Numbered from the stretch's first letter, positions 8,297 through 17,226 are shown. The stretch: 24,840 bases of DNA from Deinococcales bacterium (GCA_031414595.1 JANNVX010000063.1:1-24840), one strand, 5' to 3'. The notes: a model not told the origin generated them from the letters alone. Made by a program: numbers and translations.

Positions 8297-9546
8297 AAAA
8301 ACGTTGGGTATTACTCGCAAGTGCTTTTGGTGCATTAGGTATGGCAGCATTAGCTCAGAACAAAGTCTCGATTGAATTCTGGTCTTGGTACTTAAGCCCG
8401 AAATTTGATCCGTACTTACAAGGAGTGATTAACGAATTCCAAAAAGCCAATCCAAACATCGAAGTCAAACTTGTAGATAAACAAGACACCATGGAACGTG
8501 ACTTGCAAGCCTCGATTGCCCTTGGTAAAAGCCCTGATGTGGTTAATCTCTGGCAAGATGCAACCGCCGCTGCCGCCCAGAACGGTTTGCTCGCACCAAT
8601 TAATGACCTGACCACGATGAGTCAATTACAAGCACAATTTTGGAATAACACCCTGAATATGTTTGTGATAGACGGCAAGAATTATGGCTACCCGTGGTAC
8701 GGCTGGACAGACCAAGGCGTGATGGCGTACAACACTGAAATCATGAAAAAGGCTGGCATTACAAAAGTTCCAACCACCATCTCGGGTTTACTAACCGCTT
8801 CAAAAATCATTAAACAACGCACCGGTTCATATGGTTGGTTGCCATCGGTTAAAGACCCGAACGGTGCGAGTTTCTTAGGGCAATTCTATCTCGAGGGATT
8901 ACCGCTCTTTGCTAACGGTAAAGCTGCCTTTAACACTGCTAAGCACACCGCGCTTTTGCAAAAATTCATTGACTTAATGAAAGGCGATTTTATTCCGCAA
9001 GACTTACTTCGTAAGGAAGCCTTCCAACTCAACAACGAATACTACAGCCAAGGTAAGAGTGCCTTTATCGTCGGTGGCGCACAAGCCCTTGTGCGGGTCA
9101 AAGATGCCAACAAAGATATTTACTCCAAAACCAAAGTTGTTCCCGCTCCACTCGGGGCTGGCGGCGTACAGACTGGCGGCAGCATGAGTCTGGTTATTCC
9201 AAAAGCCAGCAAGAACCAAAAAGAAGCGGCTTTATTTGCGATGTTCATGACCAACAACAAAGCCCAAGTACAATTTGCTAAACTGGCTGGAATTGTTCCA
9301 ACCACCAAAGGTGCAGAAAACGACCCAGACTTAAAAGCCGCCAATCCAAACGATGCTTTGGACGTTGCGACATCATTGGTCAGTGGCACTGGACGCTTTA
9401 TCACCCCGGGTTGGAGTCCACCCAAGAACACCGATAATGTCTACAAGAACTTTAACGACAATATCGAAGCTGCTTTCTTAGGTGCAAAATCTGCCCGTCA
9501 AGCATTAAATGACGCTGTGGCATTTTGGAATGCCAACGCTAAGTAA
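8293..9546 (+). CDS. Sugar ABC transporter substrate-binding protein (CUT1 family)
   Basis: Signal peptide ending ALA-Q. Motifs IEFWSW, FQKANPNIEVK, PDVVNL, DGKNYGYPWY and GGSMSLVIPK. AGGAGG SD. Confidence 0.92.
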   Translation: MKKRWVLLASAFGALGMAALAQNKVSIEFWSWYLSPKFDPYLQGVINEFQKANPNIEVKLVDKQDTMERDLQASIALGKSPDVVNLWQDATAAAAQNGLLAPINDLTTMSQLQAQFWNNTLNMFVIDGKNYGYPWYGWTDQGVMAYNTEIMKKAGITKVPTTISGLLTASKIIKQRTGSYGWLPSVKDPNGASFLGQFYLEGLPLFANGKAAFNTAKHTALLQKFIDLMKGDFIPQDLLRKEAFQLNNEYYSQGKSAFIVGGAQALVRVKDANKDIYSKTKVVPAPLGAGGVQTGGSMSLVIPKASKNQKEAALFAMFMTNNKAQVQFAKLAGIVPTTKGAENDPDLKAANPNDALDVATSLVSGTGRFITPGWSPPKNTDNVYKNFNDNIEAAFLGAKSARQALNDAVAFWNANAK

Positions 9547-9554
9547 AAAAACAC

Positions 9555-9580
9555 AGAGGCTCGAGTTTTCTCGAGCCTCT
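9555..9580. terminator. Perfect 11-bp stem-loop after the SBP gene (mRNA-stabilising or partial terminator)
   Basis: AGAGGCTCGAG-TTTT-CTCGAGCCTCT. There is no U-tract on the plus strand; an A-run precedes the stem. Confidence 0.65.
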
Positions 9581-9689
9581 AAATAATCGGTTAGCGCATC
9601 TTGTGCCGTCAGTATTCACTTGTGACTTTTATAGTCTCGAGTGGTGAACCAATGGACAAAGCACTATTTTCAAAAAACAGGAATTGATT

Positions 9690-10601
9690 ATGAAAACTAA
9701 ATCATCTGTCACATTCACTGCCTATTTATTGTTACTGCCTGCCTTGGCTTTAATGGCTGTATTTACTTTTTATCCAGTCTTGTACGGTTCTTACCTTGGT
9801 TTCACAGAGTATACAGCCGCTAACTTAGGCTCGAATACCCCACCAAAATGGGTGGGACTCGAGAATTTTCGCACTGTCATTTCCGATGAATTATTTAGAA
9901 TAGGGTTGCTCAATAGTCTTAAATACCTGATCATCGTACCGATTTTGCAAATGGCAAGTTTAGCAGCAGCAGTGCTGGTCAATCGGCAAATTCCCGGGAT
10001 TGCGCTTTTTAGGGCTGCCTATTACGTACCCGTGATTACTTCGATTACTCTGGCAGCCGTGATGTGGGATTGGGTTTTTACCCGTGAAGGACTCTTAAAT
10101 TATGTTCTCGAGTTTTTTAAGATTATAGACCCTAACGGTTCTTTTGGTTGGTTACTCAATCCGAATACCGCTCTCTGGGCGATTATGTTGGTCACATTTT
10201 GGCGTGGTTTTGGCTATTACATGGTCTTGTACCTTGGTGGTTTGCAGAGTATTCCACTAGAACTCGAGGAAGCAGCCTTACTGGATGGAGCGAATGCTTG
10301 GCAGCGTTTCTGGCAGATTACTGTCCCACTGATGCGCCCAACAATTTTACTGTGCAGTTTACTCTCGAGCCTAGCGGCAATTCGGGTTCTCGAGGAGATT
10401 CTGGTCTTCACCAATGGCGGACCCTTAAACAGTACCTATACGGTTTTAATGTATGTCTACCAAAAATCTTTTGGCTTAGACTTTAATTATGGTGTGGCGA
10501 GTGCGGCTGGTTTGTTACTAGCAGTGGTTGGTTTTATCTTGTCGTATATCAATTTTCGGATTACTCGAGAAGATGCGCCAAAACGGGGGGCAAAAGCATG
10601 A
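9690..10601 (+). CDS. Carbohydrate ABC transporter permease 1
   Basis: YLLLLPAL, WVGLENF and EAA motif LEEAALLDGANAWQRFWQITVPLMRP. ATG 9690 follows AGGA and is preferred over TTG 9684. Confidence 0.93.
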   Translation: MKTKSSVTFTAYLLLLPALALMAVFTFYPVLYGSYLGFTEYTAANLGSNTPPKWVGLENFRTVISDELFRIGLLNSLKYLIIVPILQMASLAAAVLVNRQIPGIALFRAAYYVPVITSITLAAVMWDWVFTREGLLNYVLEFFKIIDPNGSFGWLLNPNTALWAIMLVTFWRGFGYYMVLYLGGLQSIPLELEEAALLDGANAWQRFWQITVPLMRPTILLCSLLSSLAAIRVLEEILVFTNGGPLNSTYTVLMYVYQKSFGLDFNYGVASAAGLLLAVVGFILSYINFRITREDAPKRGAKA

Positions 10602-11449
10602 AAACTCGAGTTGCGCCGTTCAAAGCTCTAAATTTAGGCTTAACCTATGTGTTACTGATTACCATTGGTTTATTTGCAGTTTTTCCTTTCTTGTGGACAT
10701 TTGCCATCAGCATTACCGATAAAACCGTTGCCAGTGGTGTTTCGATTTTTGATTTCCCGCAATCACTTTTTCCTAAAGCCATTACCTTTAACAATTTTAT
10801 CGAGGTCTACCGTGTTTTTGGACTCGAGAAGTATTTACTGAATTCGGTGATTATTTCTTTTGCGACAGTTCTGGGGACGTTACTGGTCTCGGCAATGGCA
10901 GCCTACCCGCTTTCTAAAATGGTTTTTCCGGGGCGTGACCTGATTTTTGGGGCGATGCTGGCAACCTTGGTTTTACCCAGTGAAACAAACTTTATCGTCA
11001 ATGTCCTGACGCTTAATAAAATCGGCTTACTCGGCACATATTGGGGTGTAGTGATTCCCACGATTGCCACGGCATTTGGTATTTTTATCATGCGCCAAAC
11101 CTATATGGCAGTCCCAGATTCGCTGCTCGAGGCGGCGCGAATAGATGGTGCAACTGAATTCCAGATTTTATGGCGGATTATGATTCCACTTTCTCGCCCA
11201 GCCCTGACAGCCCTAGGTATTTTTACCTTGGTCAACACTTGGAATTCATATTTCTGGCCCAGTGTGGCACTGCTTGGGGCGGATAATCTTCAACCGCTTT
11301 CAGTGGCAATGCTCAAACTCAAAGGGCAATTTAACCATGATTCTTTTAATGTCGCGGCTGGGGCAATGATTATGATGATTCCAGTGTTAATTGTTTTTGT
11401 CGCCGCACAACGTCTTTTTATGCGTGGACTCGAAGGGGCAGTGAAATAA
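10598..11449 (+). CDS. Carbohydrate ABC transporter permease 2
   Basis: EAA motif LLEAARIDGATEFQILWRIMIPL; also WNSYFWP and QRLFMRGL. ATGA overlap with permease 1. Confidence 0.93.
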   Translation: MKTRVAPFKALNLGLTYVLLITIGLFAVFPFLWTFAISITDKTVASGVSIFDFPQSLFPKAITFNNFIEVYRVFGLEKYLLNSVIISFATVLGTLLVSAMAAYPLSKMVFPGRDLIFGAMLATLVLPSETNFIVNVLTLNKIGLLGTYWGVVIPTIATAFGIFIMRQTYMAVPDSLLEAARIDGATEFQILWRIMIPLSRPALTALGIFTLVNTWNSYFWPSVALLGADNLQPLSVAMLKLKGQFNHDSFNVAAGAMIMMIPVLIVFVAAQRLFMRGLEGAVK

Positions 11450-11452
11450 ATC

Positions 11453-12493
11453 ATGACTGACCCCAAAATGCTCCAAGAAATTCGTCAAGCGCCGCAAGTG
11501 ATTAAAAATCAACTCGAGCAGAATAAAACTCGAGTTGCAGCACTGGCAAAGGCGATTCATGAACGCCAACCGGCTTTTGCAATGACCATTGCTCGCGGCA
11601 CTTCTGACCATGCAGCAAACTTTTTACAGTACGCCCTCGAGTCACAATTGGGTTTGGTGACGGCTTCGGCTGCGCCTAGTGTGATTACCGCCTATAACGC
11701 CAAACTTAAACTCAATGGGGCGTTGGTGATTGCAATTTCTCAGTCTGGGCAATCGCCGGATGTGGTTAATTCCTTAAGTGCGGCAAGGGAACAAGGGGCG
11801 CTGACGGTGGCTATCGTTAATGCTCCAAACACCCCGCTCGAGGAGGTGGCAGAATTTTGCTTACCGATGTGCGCCGGAACGGAGGAAGCTGTAGCCGCCA
11901 CCAAGAGTTTTATTGCCAGTCTGGTCGCACCCTTAAGTGTGATTGCTGCTTTGAATCACGACTCGAGCCTAACAACTGCCCTCGAGAATTTACCAGAAAT
12001 AATGCAAATTGCCCTCGAAACTGAACAGATTTGTGCTGACCGTGCCGAGCGGTATCGCTACGCCGAGAGTATGGTTACGCTTGGGAGGGGTTTGCATTAC
12101 CCATTGGCAAGGGAAGCTGCGCTGAAACTCAAAGAAACTTCAGTCATCAGTGCCGAAGCGTTTAGCACCGCCGAATTTGCCCACGGTCCAATTATTCTGA
12201 TTGAAGCTGGTTTTCCTGTGCTTGCCTTTCAAGCCCGCGATGCCACTGCGGCTGGTTCTTTAGAGCGCTACACCGATTTAATGGCTCGAGGGGCAGAAGT
12301 GATTTTAGTGGGTGCAGATACACCAGAATTACCCGCCACGATTCGGCTGAGTACCCTTGCTACGGGTCATGACCTAACCGACCCAATCCCTGCGATGTTA
12401 GCCGCCTATTTATTTGCGGGACACCTGAGTTTGGCAAGGGGCATGAACCCAGATGCACCCCGAACCCTGTCTAAAGTCACCAAGACACTTTAG
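11453..12493 (+). CDS. Double-SIS-domain amino-sugar phosphate isomerase/deaminase (GlmS C-terminal-like, NagB-II type)
   Basis: MLQEIRQAP, ARGTSDHAA, ISQSGQSPD, EEAVAATKS, EAALKLKET, EFAHGP and NPDAPRTLSKVT. The glutaminase domain of full GlmS is absent. Confidence 0.85.
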   Translation: MTDPKMLQEIRQAPQVIKNQLEQNKTRVAALAKAIHERQPAFAMTIARGTSDHAANFLQYALESQLGLVTASAAPSVITAYNAKLKLNGALVIAISQSGQSPDVVNSLSAAREQGALTVAIVNAPNTPLEEVAEFCLPMCAGTEEAVAATKSFIASLVAPLSVIAALNHDSSLTTALENLPEIMQIALETEQICADRAERYRYAESMVTLGRGLHYPLAREAALKLKETSVISAEAFSTAEFAHGPIILIEAGFPVLAFQARDATAAGSLERYTDLMARGAEVILVGADTPELPATIRLSTLATGHDLTDPIPAMLAAYLFAGHLSLARGMNPDAPRTLSKVTKTL

Positions 12494-12553
12494 CGCTTGA
12501 CGAAAGCATGACCTATGACGCAGACTATGCCATCTTATTCTCGAGGGGTGCAT

Positions 12554-13597
12554 ATGAAAAAGTTTGTTCTTGTGGCATTTGGTGGAGTCGTCGCATTGGG
12601 TTTGTTAGCGCAGGGTTCGGCGCAAACTCGAGTGCTGAACTTGTTTAACTGGTCGGAGTACATGGATCCCGCCATTCTCAAGGACTTTGAAAAGCAGTTT
12701 GATGCCCGAGTCAATGTGTCTTTATACGAATCCAACGAGGATTTAATCGCTAAGCTCAAAGCCAATGGTGGCAGTCAATACGATGTGGTTGTGCCGGGGC
12801 AGTATGCGATTCCTTTGATGTCTAGGTCAAACTTACTCTTAAAACTCGATAAGACCAAAATCCCAAATATCAAGAATTTATCCAAAAAATTTGTCAATCC
12901 CAGTTACGACCCTCAAAACACCTACAGCGCCGCTTATCAATGGGGAACAGTTGGCGTGGTTTACCGCAAGGATAAAGTCAAACCGACCGAACAAAGCTGG
13001 TCATTGTTTTTTGACAAGACCAAACAACAAGGCACTTTTTTAATGATGGATTCGACCCGAGAAATGCTCGGACCAGTCCTCAAATACCTTGGCAAAAGCC
13101 TCAACAGCACCAAACCCGACGACCTCAGAGCCGCCCTCGAGATGATGGTTGAAACCAAAGGACGCAGCCTAGGCTTTGATGGCGGCGTAGGCAACCGCAA
13201 TAAAGTTGCGGCTGCCCAAGCCAATTATGGGGTGGCGTACAACGGCGATGTGGTTAAACTCCAAGCCGAAGACCCCAACCTTGGTTTTTTTGTTCCCAAA
13301 GAAGGCAGCGTAATTTTTACCGACAGCATGGCGATTCCGATTAAAGCCCCAAATGCAGCCCTTGCACATCAATTTATTAACTTTATTCTTGACCCCAAAG
13401 TCGGAGCGCGTCTGAGTACCTACAATCAGTACGCCACGCCCAACGAAGCCGCCAAGCCTTTCTTGAAGAAAACCGATGTCCAGAACTCAGCTATTTATCC
13501 ACCTGCTAATGTGATGGCAAACCTCGAGTTTATTCTTGACTTGGGTAAGAATAATAATTTGTACGATAGCGCTTGGACGAAGATAAAAGCAAGGTAG
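12554..13597 (+). CDS. potD: Spermidine/putrescine ABC transporter substrate-binding protein (PotD/PotF family)
   Basis: LNLFNWSEYMDP, YESNEDL, YQWGTVG, PKEGSVIFTDSMAIP and AHQFINFILDP. Start moved to ATG 12554 (MKKFVL signal peptide), 5 nt after GAGGGG. Confidence 0.85.
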   Translation: MKKFVLVAFGGVVALGLLAQGSAQTRVLNLFNWSEYMDPAILKDFEKQFDARVNVSLYESNEDLIAKLKANGGSQYDVVVPGQYAIPLMSRSNLLLKLDKTKIPNIKNLSKKFVNPSYDPQNTYSAAYQWGTVGVVYRKDKVKPTEQSWSLFFDKTKQQGTFLMMDSTREMLGPVLKYLGKSLNSTKPDDLRAALEMMVETKGRSLGFDGGVGNRNKVAAAQANYGVAYNGDVVKLQAEDPNLGFFVPKEGSVIFTDSMAIPIKAPNAALAHQFINFILDPKVGARLSTYNQYATPNEAAKPFLKKTDVQNSAIYPPANVMANLEFILDLGKNNNLYDSAWTKIKAR

Positions 13598-13598
13598 T

Positions 13599-14147
13599 TC
13601 ATTTTGGCGCAAAAAAACTGACTCCACCCAAAGCCTCGAGTTGCTGCTCGAGGTCTTGTTTTGTTTGGCTCGGGCGGCTGTTCGGGTCGCCTGGTAACGT
13701 GCCAATCAGCACTTCAAAGGCATCGGCAAAACCATCTGCGTCGTTGTCGGCTTGGAGCTTAAAGTCGGCATCAAAACGACTTTGCAAGTCACTCAGTTTT
13801 TCACTTGGTTTATCATCTCGAGCGCTTGGGTTTGTGCCAGTAAAGCGCTCTAAGACATCGGGAAAGCCATCACGGTCTGTATCGCCACCGTAACGCACTG
13901 CGCTGTAGGTTGCAGCTTGAATACTTTGCTTTTTACCGCGCCAAAAGCCTACCGCTAAACCAAAAGAATTCCAAGGCGCATCACCATCTGGCTTGACATG
14001 ACACATTTGGCATTTGGCTTTTGCCAAAGCAGAACTCGGAATTCGCTCGAGTTTTAGGGTTTTATAAGCTGTGGTGTCAAAGCCACTACGAGCCAAGGCA
14101 ACGCTAAGCAGGGCAACAAAAATAGCAAGAAGACGAATCGGGGTCAT
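13599..14147 (-). CDS. Secreted monoheme c-type cytochrome-like protein with two DxDxDG (TSP3-like Ca-binding) repeats
   Basis: Signal peptide ending ALA; single CQMCH; repeats DTDRDGFPDVLERFTGTNP and DNDADGFADAFEVLIGTLP. Confidence 0.72.
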   Translation of the reverse strand: MTPIRLLAIFVALLSVALARSGFDTTAYKTLKLERIPSSALAKAKCQMCHVKPDGDAPWNSFGLAVGFWRGKKQSIQAATYSAVRYGGDTDRDGFPDVLERFTGTNPSARDDKPSEKLSDLQSRFDADFKLQADNDADGFADAFEVLIGTLPGDPNSRPSQTKQDLEQQLEALGGVSFFAPK

Positions 14148-14188
14148 GATGAATTTAGATGTACGGGTTTCTCGAGAAGTTCCCTCTA

Positions 14189-14223
14189 GCTAATCGCTAA
14201 TAACTAGCAGCTAGTGGCTGATT
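14189..14223. repeat. Degenerate heptamer tandem repeat (consensus GCTRNNN x5)
   Basis: GCTAATC GCTAATA ACTAGCA GCTAGTG GCTGATT, directly abutting the kinase stop codon. Confidence 0.55.
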
Positions 14224-16299
14224 TTATTTCGGACGAATATACATTGCTAAACTCTGGACGGGCGAGTAGGTCTCTATCGTTTGAATTAGGCTGCAATCTG
14301 GGGCGTATTTACGAATCAAATGCCCACCGCGTCTGGCGACATACAAATTGCCTTGCGGGTCAAGTACCAAATCAAGGGCTTGGCTCGAGTCCTCGCCTTG
14401 AAGAGCTTCGATGATGGCGTAAGGTCCTTGTGCGCCTTTGGGTGGCAGAAGAGTGCGAACCCTCGAGGCGGTGGCATCGGCAATATAGACTGTGCCGTTG
14501 GCTGCCGCCGTAACCCCATCCAAAAGCCGCAAGTCTGGTGAGTCTTTACTGACCTTAAACGAGTACCGATTGACATACTCACCTTCGGGCGAGAAGCGTT
14601 GTACCCGACGATTTCCATAATCCAGCACGTAAATCATGCCATCGGTAGCGGCAACGACACTGCGTGGGTCTTCAAATAACCCTTGGCTTGTGCCGCGTCC
14701 GCCAAAGCGCCCTAAGTAATTGCCATCGAGGTCAAATCTCGAGACGCTGTACGATTCGCCGTCCAGTACATACAACTGATTCCAGTGGGCAACTGTTAGA
14801 GACATCGGGTAGAGCAGTTCGCCGGGTTTCATACCATAAGCCCCAAAAGCCAGCATCTGCTTGTGTTCTTTATCAAACTTACGCAATAAACGGGCGGTTG
14901 GGTCATTAGAGCGGTACTCGAGAATCGAGACATAAAAATTCATTTCCGAGTCAACCCCGATTGCCACTGGTGCGCCGGGTAATTGCCCCGAAGCAATTTG
15001 CCCAAAACTGCGTTCAAGATTGCCGTTTAAGTCCAGTACCCGAATTGGTCCTTTGCGGGTGTTTAAGCTGACCACAATATGGGCGGGTCCATGCAGGTCT
15101 ACTTGTTGGTCAAATAATCCTTTTTCGATTTCTTCCATCACCTCGGTTAAGGTTGGGCGCTTATCGGGGTCTTTATCAATCATTCGCATCACTAAATCAT
15201 TGTATTTTGGTGGAACTTCTAAGTTAATCTGCCGAGGTGGGGTTGGGGTTTGAAAAATCTGGGCTTGCACCACCGCTTCATAACCACCCTTAAAGGCGGT
15301 TTGTCCGGTTGCCATTTCATAAAACACCAAGCCAAGGCTGTAAATATCGGTACGGTGATCTATTTTATTGCCTCGAGCCTGTTCTGGACTCATATAAACC
15401 GGTGTGCCAACCCTTGCACCCGTCATGGTTAAGCGGGTCAAGACTCGCCCTGCGGCAATCCCAAAGTCCATCAGCTTAACGCTGCCTAACTCGAGTTGCG
15501 CGGTTGGGTCGGTTTTAATCGCGTTTTTGGTGACCATGATATTGCCCGGTTTAATATCACGGTGAATAATCCCTTGCTTATGCACATAACGCAGTGCATC
15601 TGAAACTTGTTTAATAATCTGTACACTTTGTTCTAAAGTTAAACGCCGTGTCTCGACTAAACTCTCGAGGGCTTCGCCTTCAATCAGTTCCATGGCGATA
15701 AAGTGGGTTGCCCCTTCGTTGTTATGCTCAAAAACTTTGACCACATTGGGATGATTGAGTTTCATTAAAACATCGGCTTCACGGTGAAAACGCCGCACAA
15801 AACGTGCATCAGCAATAAATTTATCCTGCGGGATTTTTAAGGCAACCATTTTATTGTCGTCTTTGCGCCGCGCTTTATAAACAGTAGCCATACCACCAAT
15901 ACCAATTCGGTCTTGGGTTTCGTAACGGGCGAGTTGCGTCCCTGCATCCAGATTTTTTTTACCACCCAAACTGGTTAGGGTTGGGGTTTTAGACGGGGCG
16001 GGGGCATTGACTTTGCGTTTTTGCTTACGGCGATTTCGCACTGGAGCGCCGTCGGTGTCCAGAGGCACAAGCGAAGCCGCCACTAACAAACCAACCACCG
16101 CTAAAATCGCGGTGCTGCGAAACGGACTGGCTTTACCGCCACCAAGGTCTGGACTGGAATTCAGCACAAACATCAAGCCAGCCACCAGCAGCAACACCCC
16201 ACAAACCGTATAAATCAGGATTCGTGGTGGAACACGCCAAAAAATAAAAGCCGCCAAAATAAAAAGAGCTACCAGCACAACCACGGTTAGTAAAGTCAT
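14224..16299 (-). CDS. Hanks-type Ser/Thr protein kinase with N-terminal membrane anchor and C-terminal NHL-repeat propeller
   Basis: Kinase motifs GIGGMATVY, VALK, HRDIKPGN, DFG and GTPVYMSPE. Three hydrophobic N-terminal segments. NHL-like FEDPRSVVAATDGMIYVLDYGNRRVQRF. Start set at ATG 16299, which forms an ATGA overlap with the phosphatase stop. Confidence 0.92.
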   Translation of the reverse strand: MTLLTVVVLVALFILAAFIFWRVPPRILIYTVCGVLLLVAGLMFVLNSSPDLGGGKASPFRSTAILAVVGLLVAASLVPLDTDGAPVRNRRKQKRKVNAPAPSKTPTLTSLGGKKNLDAGTQLARYETQDRIGIGGMATVYKARRKDDNKMVALKIPQDKFIADARFVRRFHREADVLMKLNHPNVVKVFEHNNEGATHFIAMELIEGEALESLVETRRLTLEQSVQIIKQVSDALRYVHKQGIIHRDIKPGNIMVTKNAIKTDPTAQLELGSVKLMDFGIAAGRVLTRLTMTGARVGTPVYMSPEQARGNKIDHRTDIYSLGLVFYEMATGQTAFKGGYEAVVQAQIFQTPTPPRQINLEVPPKYNDLVMRMIDKDPDKRPTLTEVMEEIEKGLFDQQVDLHGPAHIVVSLNTRKGPIRVLDLNGNLERSFGQIASGQLPGAPVAIGVDSEMNFYVSILEYRSNDPTARLLRKFDKEHKQMLAFGAYGMKPGELLYPMSLTVAHWNQLYVLDGESYSVSRFDLDGNYLGRFGGRGTSQGLFEDPRSVVAATDGMIYVLDYGNRRVQRFSPEGEYVNRYSFKVSKDSPDLRLLDGVTAAANGTVYIADATASRVRTLLPPKGAQGPYAIIEALQGEDSSQALDLVLDPQGNLYVARRGGHLIRKYAPDCSLIQTIETYSPVQSLAMYIRPK

Positions 16300-17078
16300 G
16301 CCACCACCTGCGCGATCACACAAGTGATGTTATCTAAACCACCACGCGAATTTGCCATACCAATAAAATACTCGACCGCACTCTGTAAATTTAAGCCCTT
16401 GCGTTGTAATTCCTCGAGAAATTCAAAATCCTCAACAAAACCATGTAAGCCATCCGAAGAAAGTAAAAACACATCACCAACTTTGGTTTGAATGGTTCCG
16501 ACATCCACCAATACCTCGGCTCGAGTTCCCAATGCCCGCATTAACTGATTGCGATTGGCGTGGTTTTGGGCTTCTTCTGGGGTCATGATGCCATGTTCGA
16601 CCTGAAAACCAACCCAAGAATGGTCTCGAGTGACCTGGGAAATTTCGCCATTTCGCACTAAATACGCCCGAGAATCGCCCACATGCCCATAAATCAGTTG
16701 CCGTTCTAAGGCAATACAAACCGTGATGGTTGTCCCCATACCACTGAATTCTGGATTCTCGAGGGCTTCGCGGTTAATTCGGCGGTTCGCCGCCACCAAC
16801 GCCCGTTCTAAGGCTTTGTCTAAAGGAATGGCTTTATTGCCAGCCGAAGTGAAATCCACATAATCCGAGATGGCTTTAGAGACCACTTCGATAGCGGTTT
16901 TACTGGCACGTTCACCCGCCGCCGCGCCGCCCATACCATCTGCCACAGCAAAAAAACTGATTGCACTGCGCCCAGAAGAAAAGGTCTTAACGCGGTGATA
17001 ATCCTCGTTATGGTCGCGCACACGCCCGACACTCGAGCCGTGACCGAAGATAACATTTCCTTTCGTTTGCACCACCAT
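16296..17078 (-). CDS. PP2C-family Ser/Thr phosphatase (Stp1/IreP/PrpC-like)
   Basis: GRVRDHNED, VADGMGG, GMGTT, HVGDSRAY, LSSDGL and GGLDNIT. ATG 17078 follows an AGGAG SD. Confidence 0.93.
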   Translation of the reverse strand: MVVQTKGNVIFGHGSSVGRVRDHNEDYHRVKTFSSGRSAISFFAVADGMGGAAAGERASKTAIEVVSKAISDYVDFTSAGNKAIPLDKALERALVAANRRINREALENPEFSGMGTTITVCIALERQLIYGHVGDSRAYLVRNGEISQVTRDHSWVGFQVEHGIMTPEEAQNHANRNQLMRALGTRAEVLVDVGTIQTKVGDVFLLSSDGLHGFVEDFEFLEELQRKGLNLQSAVEYFIGMANSRGGLDNITCVIAQVVA

Positions 17079-17115
17079 AAGCTCCTGAATTCGCAAAATA
17101 CCGTCTTTGCAACAT

Positions 17116-17124
17116 AGTCTAACA
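17116..17124 (-). promoter_or_regulatory. Putative extended -10 (TG-T-TAGACT) of the phosphatase-kinase operon
   Basis: Minus-strand TGTTAGACT lies about 37 nt upstream of the ATG at 17078. Confidence 0.45.
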
Positions 17125-17226
17125 TTATTGAGTCACCATGTACTGACAACCCGATACCCAAATTGTGAAAAACTCGGCGGAAAAAAACTTACAAAACCCT
17201 TACAATTTTTCTAGGAGGGGACAGCC

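Noticed and set aside
12515-12553. Upstream start of the PotD-like gene
   Set aside because: The signal peptide and SD fit ATG 12554.
8293-13597. Missing ATPase for the sugar ABC system and orphan potD as signs of decay
   Set aside because: All ORFs are intact; shared ATPases and solitary binding proteins are common.
16300-16323. GTG start of the kinase at 16323
   Set aside because: It lies inside the phosphatase gene; ATG 16299 gives a standard ATGA coupling.
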